From NCBI GenBank assembly GCA_047495785.1, contig JBLDXI010000018.1:248001-312000 (forward strand): a DNA stretch of 64,000 bases, given 5' to 3'. Shown piece by piece: positions 20,827 to 31,882 of this stretch (within the stretch, counting starts at the first letter, position 1; every line of letters starts with the position of its first letter). This stretch comes from Lepidodermella squamata. Lineage: Eukaryota > Animalia > Gastrotricha. The notes beneath the pieces are model-generated. The model saw only the letters and a program-made list of their open reading frames with translations. It searched no databases and had not been told where the DNA came from. The position numbers and the translations under genes are program-made.

Positions 20827-20895
20827 TGGCTGTTTTCAGGAATTTTCATTCTTGCTTGGAGACTTGGATTCTTTTGATTGCAGACTTCAAAACGT

Positions 20896-21312
20896 CATGA
20901 GACGTACCAGGACGCAGCGCCTCGATTTAAATGCCTGCTTTTTGTGTTATTTTTTAATAAGGTCCGAAGGTCGTTGTAGCTAAAAATAACCTCATTAGCA
21001 GCGATCGTTATTTTTTTCCTGTGACCAACAAAAAATCTCATTCATGAAAATCACGTATTTACGCAAAGATCAGCTTTTTTGCAGCAGCATGAAGATCTCG
21101 ATCTTCAAGAAAACGGCGGGTCGCGAAAATATCAGTTATTCTGTTTTGAATTATAATTGTTATTTTCGATGGCAATTTTATTTTTTAATAAATAAAAAAT
21201 TTGCCATCGAAAGTAATTATTATGCACACTTATGCTAAACACATCACGTGATTTTTTACGCAAACCCGGATAACGGGAGCTTCGAAGCCGCTGCGTCCTG
21301 GTACGTCTCATG
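20896..21312. mobile_element. 417-bp MITE with 24-bp perfect TIRs and 8-bp TSD (P- or hAT-type)
   Basis: TIR CATGAGACGTACCAGGACGCAGCG at 20896-20919 and its reverse complement at 21289-21312. CAAAACGT duplicated at 20888-20895 and 21313-21320. Empty site at ~58470-58490. Confidence 0.92.
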
Positions 21313-21477
21313 CAAAACGTCGCTGAAACACAAACCCGGGCCGCCGCAATAAAAGCGCAGGATCCTAATCCATGCGCAGGCATATACGACGTCTATCGAC
21401 TCTTTCCTGATGCGGTCTATTCACATACTGAGTTCAATCGACAAAAAAAGATTGAAGCTGCCCCAGAGTTGGCCCCG

Positions 21478-21737
21478 GCTCCAAAAGAACGACAGGTCCA
21501 TCTCGTTGAAGGCGCGCTGCAAATAGCAAAGCATAGCCAATAGAGTTCAGTAATATTTCGGCGCAAGATAAATTTAGAAAATTACGAAAAATACGAAAAA
21601 TACGAATGGAAATGCACAGGTGCATATACCCGGTAACATCGAGTTCTTTTAATCTTGATTCAGTGTGCAGTTCGAAAATTGGGATCTGGGGCACGGGGCA
21701 CGGATAAGTATTTTGGGAGCTGGAAAAAAATTGTAGC
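21478..21737 (-). repeat. Duplicated fragment of DNAH6 intron 3' end, splice acceptor and ~35 nt of exon
   Basis: Reverse complement matches 59219-~59468, including GCTATGCTTTGCTATTTGCAG|CGCGCCTT(C/T)AACGAG(A/C)TGGACC. Confidence 0.92.
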
Positions 21738-21811
21738 TGCCCCCTGTGAGGATCGAACTCACGACCTCCAGATTATGAGACTGGCGCTCTAGCCAACTGA
21801 GCCAAGGAGGC
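21738..21811 (-). tRNA. tRNA-Met(CAT)
   Basis: Reverse complement of the Met copies. Confidence 0.93.
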
Positions 21812-22326
21812 TGCCCGAAAATGAAGCAAGCTCGCTCCAAGATTATTCAAAGGTTCTACATGCGTTCAGTCGCGACAGCATTTCAACTTTCCAAACACAT
21901 TTTCTATACCATTTGGAACTAGATAGATTGAGGTGTTCGGAATTACATGCAATTATGTCTAGCATGATTTCAATCCAATTTTTATGTCACCTTGGACTGC
22001 AAATTAGTAATAACCAAACCGAAGCCTGAGCAATAGTATCTGAGGTGTTCGTGATTCATCACCCCAACCTCAAGCCCCTCAAGAATTTTAATAAAAAATC
22101 GCTACGGCGAGAGCCTCCTACAACAACTCTCAGGCTCTCACCATATACGGCATGAAACATGCGTCACGTTAACACGTTGACTCACTTGTCAGGTACGACG
22201 GCCGTAACGCGAGGCATATAAAAAGTGAACAAGCGCGTCGTTTCATTCATTCAGCCAACCACCACCAGCCAACAAGTCTTTTGTATACACTATTAAGTAA
22301 ATCTAATCTACATTCGCAATCTAATC

Positions 22327-22725
22327 ATGTCAGTCATCGGCAGCAACAACTACAGGGCGAAAAGCGCGTCCCAGAGCGACATTGTGTCGGCCATCTCGAT
22401 GCCTGCAGCACCCGTTGTCGTCTACCAGCAACAGCAGGACAAAGGCTGCACGCGGAAAAAGTGTTTCATCGGCACGGCGCTGGGCGTGTTCTTCGGCCTG
22501 CTCGTGCTCGGCACCATCATCTACGTGGTGATGGTGGTGGAGTCGCAGTGCTACCGCGGCTGCCAGCGCCTGTGCACCGACGACAACCACTGCACGGACA
22601 CGTGCTGGAAGACGTGCTGGAAGGCGCAGTGGACCAAGTGCCCCGAGGACGGCGCCCGCGCCTGCTCCTACATCCTGTGGGACAAGGCCGTCATCAACAT
22701 CGGCGGCCTCTTCGGCAAGAAGTAA
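22327..22725 (+). CDS. Orphan 8-Cys type II membrane protein, copy 2 (132 aa)
   Basis: Same ORF as 3533-3940 with only small in-frame deletions in the N-terminal Q-rich linker. Confidence 0.88.
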   Translation: MSVIGSNNYRAKSASQSDIVSAISMPAAPVVVYQQQQDKGCTRKKCFIGTALGVFFGLLVLGTIIYVVMVVESQCYRGCQRLCTDDNHCTDTCWKTCWKAQWTKCPEDGARACSYILWDKAVINIGGLFGKK

Positions 22726-22992
22726 TCAGTCATCACATTTCAGAATCACACAACAACCGAGTGAATGGCCGACGAGTTGCTCAGTCTTTAGAACAAGCTA
22801 CATTGGAATGCGCTGGAATCTCATGTTAAGCTCACTTGAAGTTCGGAAAAACGTCTTTGAATCATTTTATACGACCATTATTTATAGTCAAATCAAATAT
22901 TTTCCACAAATAAAGGAATTTTATAATGCAATGCAAACTGTTTATTTACGAACAAACCTGGAAATGAGGTAATGAGACAGGACTACAACGAC

Positions 22993-23064
22993 GGCCCAGT
23001 GGCCTAATGGTAAGGCGTCGGCCTCCGGAGCCGGAGATTGTGGGTTCGAGTCCCATCTGGGTCG
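22993..23064 (+). tRNA. tRNA-Arg(CCG)
   Basis: Identical to other Arg copies. Confidence 0.93.
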
Positions 23065-23291
23065 ATAATTTTTCGATTTCAGGTTTCAAACCAAAGACTT
23101 GATCAGCTTCAGTGAAACCAACATTCCATGAGCCGGCTCAGTAGAGCATCTGTCTTTGCATATATTGCATATAAAGACAGACTTCTGTGTATATTTTTCT
23201 TACTGTCAGTCGACAGTCGACTTTCGATCAAAACCAATCAATTGATAAAGACCCAGCTTTAGAAATAAGTAACCCAATTGCACCTCGAGCT

Positions 23292-23365
23292 GCCTCCTTG
23301 ACTCAGTTGGCTAGAGCGCCAGTCTCATAATCTGGAGGTCGTGAGTTCGATCCTCACAGGGGGCA
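23292..23365 (+). tRNA. tRNA-Met(CAT) with G10A change in the D stem/A box (possibly impaired)
   Basis: TTGACTCAG instead of TTGGCTCAG; otherwise identical. Confidence 0.75.
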
Positions 23366-23700
23366 GCTACAATATTTTTATGAGTGAAGTGTCCAATCGG
23401 TATCGGAAGCGAATGTTTTATCTGAGGCACTCTCTGTATTTATCGCTGAACATGAATTCAATTTCATATTCGATTGCTTTAATGGCTTTCCTGCTTAAAG
23501 CTGAACAGCCGCATTGCGATCAAGTAAGTGTTGGTAATTGATTTCCGCTAAATTGACTTCAATTCAAATAGGTAAACATGGCAGTTATATCTCTTGTAAA
23601 TGCAAAGAACTAACGCTAGAATTAAAAATACATTCTTTATTCGTTATTCGATCTCATACTTTTTAACTTATAAGTATTGATTAATATGGTCGAATAAAGT

Positions 23701-25086
23701 TCAGAAATCGAAAAACAGTTGGCCACAGTCTTGAATTGTTACCGTCCCTGTGGGCCGTTCGTTCATGGTTTCAACAGCTTTCATGGCCTCGAGCGTATCA
23801 AAGCCTTCAATAATTCTCCTGTAATACAGAGCAGGTTCAGTTTTTACAAGAAAATATGGAAAAAAGTTTGACCCGTACCCAATGGCTTCGTATTTCGTAT
23901 CCATCCAGCTGGCAGGTTGGAGGGTGATATAAAACTGTGATTGATTGGTATGAGGGCCTTTGTTGGCAAACCCAATAATGCCGGCTTTATCGTGCTTGAT
24001 AGCAAAGCATTCATCTGAATGGAGAAATATCTCATAAAATTAGCCGCTTAATCGCAAATTTGCTCTCACCGTCGAAAACAGGCCCATAAATTGATTCTCC
24101 GCCGTTTCCACGGCCTTCGTGAATATCACCACCCTGTATCCAGCCGTTCGGAACAATGCGATGGATCAACGAGTTTTTGTAGTGCAGAGAATAGGCGGAA
24201 GTTTTCGATTTTCCGAATTCGCCCGTGCACAATGCTCGGAAGTTTTCGGCAGCTTTCGGAACAATGTCGTTAAACAGCTCGATTACTAAGCGACCTAACG
24301 CCTGGCCGTTGTTTGCGATATCAAGGTAGACAATGATGTGCTGTAAAAAGTTAATATAAAATCCTCGCTCGCTTCCATAATTCGCCATCATTCTTACCCC
24401 GCTGTTTTTTATTGTGTTAATATATAGCTCCTTGCTGAGTGTTTGACACAGAGCTTCGGGTCGAAAGTCACAGAAGTCATCGAAATTTTCAGTCGCCCAG
24501 GCAAGAAGTTCTGCTAGTCCGCCAATAAGATTTTTATTGACGAATATCATAACCGGCTCTGAGTAGGTCCAGACTTCGCCACGAAGCTCCTATATGAGAA
24601 GATTCAGTTTACGTGATGGAAAGTATACAAATATCAATTGATTAAACAAAATCTTCAGATGAAATTATAGGCGTCAAACCGAGCAAACTCAATTTTCAAA
24701 TGTAACCCACCATCAGACGTTGGCGATATTCCTTGAAAATTTTAAAACATGCGATTAATTTGAGTTCACATTCACAAGTGATATCACATCGTGATTTGTG
24801 AATAAATACTGATAACACGTAATTGTGATGTGAGCTGAAGGTTGTTCCGAACTCACCTTTCGTTTAGAAATTAGAAACTGCTTCCAATCAAATTCGAAAA
24901 GTGCAACAATAGTCGGCTGGAGAAGCACGTCTTCATGAGCATCATATAGATCCTTCAAAGCCACACAGGATTAGCGTATAATTTCAATTTTACTTTGAAA
25001 GTGCTTGCCTGTAGGAAATTTCTTGCCTTAATGAAGTGCAATGAATCGATGAGACCATAAACTGACAAACTTGTCTTCTCTGGCAT
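23701..25086 (-). CDS. PPIL6: Cyclophilin-like protein PPIL6, multi-exon
   Basis: N-terminal VYGL...FEFDWKQFL..KRKELRGEVWTY typical of PPIL6; cyclophilin domain with HRIVPNGWIQGGDI..GRGNGGESIYG, NKGPHTNQSQFYITLQPASWMD. Confidence 0.9.
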
Positions 25087-26436
25087 TTTCGAAGGTTGTC
25101 ACCAGTAAATAAGCTCTAGGATATCAGAAAAACATGTAAACACAATGAAAGTAAATAATCTTTGAAATTAATGATTTCTTCTATTAACTTGGATGAATAA
25201 CCAACCAATCTAGCCTTTCATCTGAGGCTGCAGCAGGTTAATTCACCGACGAGAGCGCCGCTGGAATTCTACACCTCGGACAGTTTGTGATTAATTTTCA
25301 GTAATTTGGGTGCTATAAACATCATTTTGGCCGTCATCTTGTCAACTCCAGGCTATTTGAGTGAAGAGTGAAGCCATAGGTATAGCTACAGTCGGCGTCG
25401 GTTTGTCGGCGTGGAAGAAAATGGCGCAGAAAATTGACACCGATTTTAATCGGATGAAGCACCGGATGAAGTATTGCCTAGTCTGATTAATTGCTGCGAA
25501 AGTTGGCGTTCAGGTTATTCATCAATTAATCAGTATCGCAACGATCAAATAGTGTAATAGCCGAAGGCATGATGTTTGACGGGTCGCGCTTATCCTCGTT
25601 TTTGCGAATTACTTAGGTGTAACGCAGCGGGAATACCGCGTGTCGGTAATAGTTGAAGAGCTTGGTGTCGGCTTTCCTGATGTCGCTGTCAGCGAGCGCG
25701 TCATATAATATCCTTTCAGGTTATTTCAAGTTACGTAAACGCTATCGAAGGGCTCAGCGCGTGATCAACGTCGCTATGCTTGTTGCTAACCAAAATTATT
25801 TTCACAGATATATGTACATATTTCATATAATTTATTGGAGTACATTTTAATATGATAATTCAGTTTTAAGATAATTATGACTCAGTTTTCGTCTTTTTCT
25901 TCGCCAAGAAAAGCCTTTTGTTAGTGAGGAGCGTTGCGTTTTGTGCTGCCACTGTTGTTTTCGTTTTTTTTTCAGAGGACAAATCCACCTAAGCACCTTC
26001 AGACAGTGCTATCTTGTTTATGCTTTTCTCTGGTTCATTATCTTTTTTTGATTAGCTCATGTCTCAAAATTGCTTTGCTTATCGTGACTCCATACTCCTT
26101 ACTCCTAGTTCCTTGTCGTCAGCTTGTAGATAACCCTATTATTTATTGCATCGACTGCTATGATATCATCACTTTACAACATGCACTATAAGTTATCCAT
26201 AGTATTTGTAGTTTCCTCACTCTTCATTTCTGCCAAGATTACCACTTTCCTTGTCATGCGAAATGTAATGTTTTATTTGGTGCATCTATGAGCCGAACCA
26301 ATCCCGTATCAGCTCGTGCTTCCTCTTTATTGTTGCGTATTAGAAAATCCGTGACGACTTAATATTCTTGTTTTCATGTGTAGTATTTTTTGAAAGCTAT
26401 CACTAAACACCGACTACTGATCAGCCGAAGGGCGTT

Positions 26437-27260
26437 ATGGTTTTAATTCCTACCGACAAAATTACAGGTAAGCAATAAATACCATATAAATAAATACATT
26501 CAATTATGTGATTAACTCTTCCAGATATCGAGAATTTCGGTCCGTTTACGAGTAATATTTCAAGTAATAACAAAATGCTTAATTGGGTTGAACTGAATTC
26601 GATTACACCGGCGTCAACGTAAGTCAAAGCAATATTTTTGTGTAATACCAGGTTAATTGGTTTTTATCAATAGTAAAATGGTCATGTCGTCTCAGTATTA
26701 CTCTCACAACCCTCCAGAATACCAGTGGCGCTCCTGATGAGCCCCACGCTGCAAAGTTGAAAGTTCTCAAGCCGCAAAATCTTGTCCCGACAGAGGACAG
26801 CAGCAGTGTGGGGTTGAAATCATCGTCCCCTGTCACGTCAACACCTGCAAGTCTTAAGTATCAATTTACTATTTCTGCACCAAATCTTGATCCCGCTATT
26901 GTTGGACTTGTCCGCGAACTCGTCAAGTCGAATGGAACTGCGCAATTGCAAGTCACCGTGCAACTGATCGAAGGCGTCCAGACCACCTGGGACCTAGCCA
27001 TCGATAAACGCTGGATGATCGTCGAGTGCCCGAGCGGTTCGCTGGGCGAAGGATCGAAGCAGTCGCTCATCTCGCTGCTCGAACTCGCCGAAGCCGTCGG
27101 CTGCCAGCGTTGTGTTGTGTGCATTGCCAAGGACCGCAAAGACCGCCCGGTCCTGGTCAAGACGTTCCTGTTCCTCGGCTTCACGCCCATGCCACCCGCC
27201 GAATGGCCAGGTGCTTCACTACCTTCGTCGCAGTTCTTCATGGCCTACAATATTGAGTAA
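26437..27260 (+). CDS. OAZ: Ornithine decarboxylase antizyme: ORF1 exons 26437-26467, 26525-26618, 26674-26737; ORF2 in +1 frame 26736-27260
   Basis: ORF1 (62 aa) ends TGG CGC TCC TGA; the +1 frame reads D-E-P-H and continues to EGSKQSLISLLELAE...KDRKDR..LVKTFLFLGF...FFMAYNIE. Confidence 0.95.
26732..26834 (+). other. Programmed +1 frameshift site (TCC TGA T) with 3' stimulatory RNA pseudoknot
   Basis: Stem 1: 26740-26752 with 26803-26815 (13 bp, 2 G-U). Stem 2: 26789-26798 with 26825-26834 (9 of 10 bp). Confidence 0.88.
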
Positions 27261-30200
27261 AATCGAAATTAGGGCAAATGAAAAATCTGATACTTGAGTG
27301 AAATAATAATAATAATTAAGGAATTCAATGTTGTTTGAAAAATTAAGATACCTATTACAACCTAAGCCATCCACCTGGATTTGAAAACAATATGTGAAAC
27401 AATAACTACTGCTCCTCTTGTCTCTCGATATAGGTTTATGCGCGGTTTGTTTCTTCAACAAAAAATTAACATAATATCTATATATCTCTATCGTGTGCTT
27501 CTTCTTTTACGCACCTATTGTGAAAAAACTATTGAAAAAACTCGTTTAAAAAAAAACTTTTTTTCTCAATTGTCTGGTGGATGATCGATTCGTTATACAT
27601 CGGTTGTTTGTGTAACTCTTTTCGTCGATTTAATTACTTGCTTCGTAGCTTGCTAATTAGGCCGTTATTACTGTTATTATCTCCTTTCAAAAGTGTATAA
27701 AATTTGAGGCAAAGTTTTTCAGTCGTGTCAAGGTCGTGACACTAAGCAGCGCACGCTTCTAGCCCTCTCTAACACAGAGGATGGAATTTAATTCAACAAA
27801 AATATTAAATATGGTCAATAATAAAACTTGAAAAATTATTTGTCTTGGTTTTTTTGTCTGGACTCGCGAAACTTCGCTGTGTAATTAAACTCGGCTGAGA
27901 ATAGCGGAAAAATCGATCCAAGGTCGCGGATAACAAAAAAAATGCCGTCTCGTTGCCGTCGTATCGATCGGTCGTCATAATAAAAGCACGTATTGCGATT
28001 GTGCTATCGAACAAATTTGCGTGTGGGCGTACAAGACTTTCCCGTTTTTTTCTCTCTTGCTCATTGTTTCCCCAGCGAGCAGACGGACAATTTTGTGCGC
28101 GCCAAGAAAAGCAGCGATATAACGACGTTATTGATAGATGATCGATCAGGGAAAGAATCGGTAATGAGTTTTTTATGAGCTTTGTTTATATTCAACAAAA
28201 AACGCGACGGTGGTAAGGAGGAAAAATGAATTTGAATCTCAGACGCAAATCCTAGGCACTTAATTGAATAATCTGGCTGGAATTTGCTCAGTCAATGGGA
28301 TTATCTTGGATATGGAAAAAATCAGATAATAATTTCTGGAAAGCCACACCCGGAATATTCTATGAAAATATATAAAAATAACCCAAAAGGCTATAAATTA
28401 TTGAGCAATTATTTTCCATTTTTTATGAAGACAGGCCACATAATAATTTATTAGCTCTCATTTCCCTATTATTTTTGCATCGTATCGAATTTCCGTCACG
28501 AAAAATAAAACCGCAAAGTTCACTGAGCTCAAAATAAAATTTGCATCGAACTTGTTCCGACATGTCCGATTTGTTCCGGATGAAGACACTTCAATATACG
28601 GGAAAATATTTCCACTCAGCACTATATCGCAACATCATTACTCGGATTGAATTCGCCGTGTTTTGTTTACATTAATACATCTACGTAAAACGCTCTTTTC
28701 ATTTTTGCTTTTTTGATGGTTTTCCCATGATATTTTATGACGTTTTAAAAAAGGTAAATATTTAGCCGTGAGAATTGCGTAGAAAATACCAATATGGAAA
28801 AACAAGCCTGATGAATCATACATTTCCGAAACCAGTGCCAACAAAATTACGACTTTTGACCTTGAGATTGTAATTATTATTATCAGTGCTCACGTTTCAG
28901 CTGCATATCGTATATGGTACAAGGTATAATTTTTATCAGTTCCAGATGCTGGCAGGCGGTCTCGCGTTATCTGGTTCACTGGCGCATGATATTAATGAAA
29001 ATCGCAGGTCAAAACACCTGGCAATAAAATCGTTCATCAATCAATTATGTTTATATGAGAACGTTATTAACATAAAAAAAAAACAAGCAGGTCTTTTCAT
29101 TTTCTTTACCAGAGCGTGTAAAATGTATGAGCTTTGATTTAACAACACGTGAACCACGAATGACGAGTGAGTGTGTGCACCCTGCACGCACCCGCTTCAC
29201 CCTCATCGAAGGAGACTCAAACACACGAGTGATTCTACGCATCTCTTTTTTCTCCGATTGATGGGCTTGCGTGAATGACGTAAATCTTATAGATGGTATA
29301 GACAACGAACCGCGCATTTTTTTTACATATTCAGCGTTGGATCAATAAATAATAGTGCTTCTGTGCGCAAAAAATGACGATGGATCTTGGAGGGAAGCGC
29401 AAGTAGGCATTTCCACAGACAAAAAATGTTGGCAGCGTGGCGTTTGTATTGCAGCTGAGATATCCAGGGTTCGCTAGCGATCGGGCGCTTCGAGCATTAT
29501 TACAACGTACATGTTATATAATACTAAACCCGGGACTGGTTTTAATATGCTATTTTTAATGCGCCAAAACTGCGTACAAGTTTCAATGGAGGCAGAGAAT
29601 AGCGCATCTGGAATCTGAGATTCCACGCGCGATATTCAATCAATTTGAGTTAAAAGCATCATGCTTTTTCAGCTGCGTGTGGATGTCGGAAAAAGGCAGG
29701 CGAAAATTTCCGGTTGCGCATTGCTCTTCACGCCCTGGAAAATCGAGTCACTTCGCAATTGAAAAAGGTCACCACTTTTTGAAATTGAAATTGTACGTGA
29801 TATAATATGGGACATGCGATTGATTAACATTAAAATCATTCGGATTTTGTATAAAAAAATTTCCCGACGAAATGAAGGGAAAAGCTACGATAAGCCAAAA
29901 AGCAGATTCTTCACTGAGGAAGGCAGCAAGGACGTTACTGATGATTTTAAGAGAAAGCGTTTCTCATCAAGCGCCTATCACCGACCCGGATAGGTCGAGA
30001 ATAAAATGACACCAAACGAATTTTACCTCCTGGACGATCACGGAATATTGTTGTAAATTTGTTTGCAATCAGTTGCAGCGGGAGAAAAATTGTGTCGGCT
30101 GGTAGTATTGTGGCTTCTACAACGTAGTAAATTATATCCTCGCTGGGATTTTCTCAGGGATGTGATAGTAAGAAAAGTGCAAACATGAGTCTTGAATACA

Positions 30201-30721
30201 TTTGAATGGGTGATCCTGACGAGCCCAATTTTTTACACAGATAACTCTTAGGCAAGGTTAACGCCAGGTAAAATTGTGCTCTTATCGGATCTTTCTTTAT
30301 TGTATAACAAACATTGCAAATTTTCCTTTTTACTTCGATCACATCTCTGGCTTTACCGCTTTCGAAGCAAACAAAAATAATTTTGCAAAAAACCTCCTGG
30401 GCAACTCCTGGAAAAAACACCGCGATATTTTTGTTTGAAACATTAGGAATCTCAATGCGAAGCTTGAACCTGTTTTCTGAACACTCCCAAAAAGCCGTAA
30501 TTAAAAAACGCAAAAAATTCGAATCAACAACGCAGAAAACTTATTTTATTCCTTCCTTTTGCACGGTGACTTTATTTTTCAGTATTTTTCACGCAGGATG
30601 ATTCGAAAGAAAGTGTAAAAATAAAACACAGCTAGAATAGGATTTTCATTCATTTGGATTTCTCTCTGTCGACAGAATTCGAAGAAGCTATTTATACACA
30701 GGATTGTTCGTTTTTTCGCCG

Positions 30722-31002
30722 CTACAAGTTGAAGCCCATTCGCCGCATGCACTCGATGTGCGCTTGGATGAGGTGCTGGCAGTTTTCCTCGCCGTTTTCG
30801 ATGATACTGCGCAGCAAACACGAACATGAACCGGTGTGAAATTACAGATTTGAAAAAACACTCACCACTCGTCGCGTTCCTTCTTCGTCTCCGGGCACGC
30901 GCAGCACGGCTTGAGTTTCGGATCCTTCGAACTCACCAGCTTCGTGTCACACTCTACTGCCGGTTTTTTGTCACCCTGCGGCTTTGCGCTGCTGCTCGAC
31001 AT
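30722..31002 (-). CDS. COX17: Cytochrome c oxidase copper chaperone COX17 (73 aa); exons 30866-31002 and 30722-30806
   Basis: Spliced product ...[46 protein letters not shown] has CCxC and twin Cx9C; not in the ORF track. Confidence 0.96.
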
Positions 31003-31882
31003 CTCAACAATATTTTATTAAAATTCTACAACACAGATGAAATGCAAATTTGTTAAAAAAAATTGGAGAATTTTTTGAAAAATGAAGACTGTGCAGAACC
31101 GAACTATTAGAAAATCGTGAATGGCAGAGATCGAATAATGAAAAATAATGAAATTATCATTATGGTTTTCGAAGTATGATCTCGGTGCTAAACATAGCGA
31201 CCTAGCTCGACATTCAACCTCTAATTAGGGATATCCAGTTTTCATCTCGTGATCAAATTAACTGTCCCAAGATCAGAACATTTGGTTTAGCAACCCCAGG
31301 GCATAAAAAACTAATGGTCTATTTCGGTAAAAAGATGAACTGGCCGCTAATTGAAGTGCGAAAATTTGCGGTTGAGGACAAGTATGGTTTTCACCTATAA
31401 AAATGGCATCGATTGATTTTAAAATTCAATAAAATCACTGATCGATCACGGTTGTATGAAAAACTTCTAAAATTCTTCTCACAAATCAGATAAAAACCCA
31501 GCAAAGAAACACATTAAATCTCCAGAAAGCCATTTCGATTTTAAAAACCTATGAAAAAAAAACAGGAAAAATTACAAATAAATTCTTATGTTTGATCGAT
31601 ACTTTGAAAATTCTAAGGAGGAAGAAAGCAGCAGTCTCAAAAAGAAAGCCAATGTTATGAGATATTTACACAAGGAATACAGGCATTATTTACACGTGGC
31701 ACATGAAACAGCGAAATCGACAAGAGAAACACAGTGATCTCCGTACGAAAAGCGAAAATGCGACCAACAATTTGTGGCAGTGATGGCCGTTTGTTTTTCG
31801 TCGAAGATTCGACAACGGTGGTAGCTGGCTGCTCCATTTGTTTGTTTGTTCGTTTGTTAGGGCTATATCGAATAGAAAACTC

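Noticed and set aside
26735-26740. TGA TGA as selenocysteine or readthrough
   Set aside because: The antizyme domain is in the +1 frame, and the site is the canonical frameshift context.
27300-30700. Short ORFs in the gene-poor stretch between OAZ and COX17
   Set aside because: AT-rich, with no recognisable motifs or consistent splice structure.
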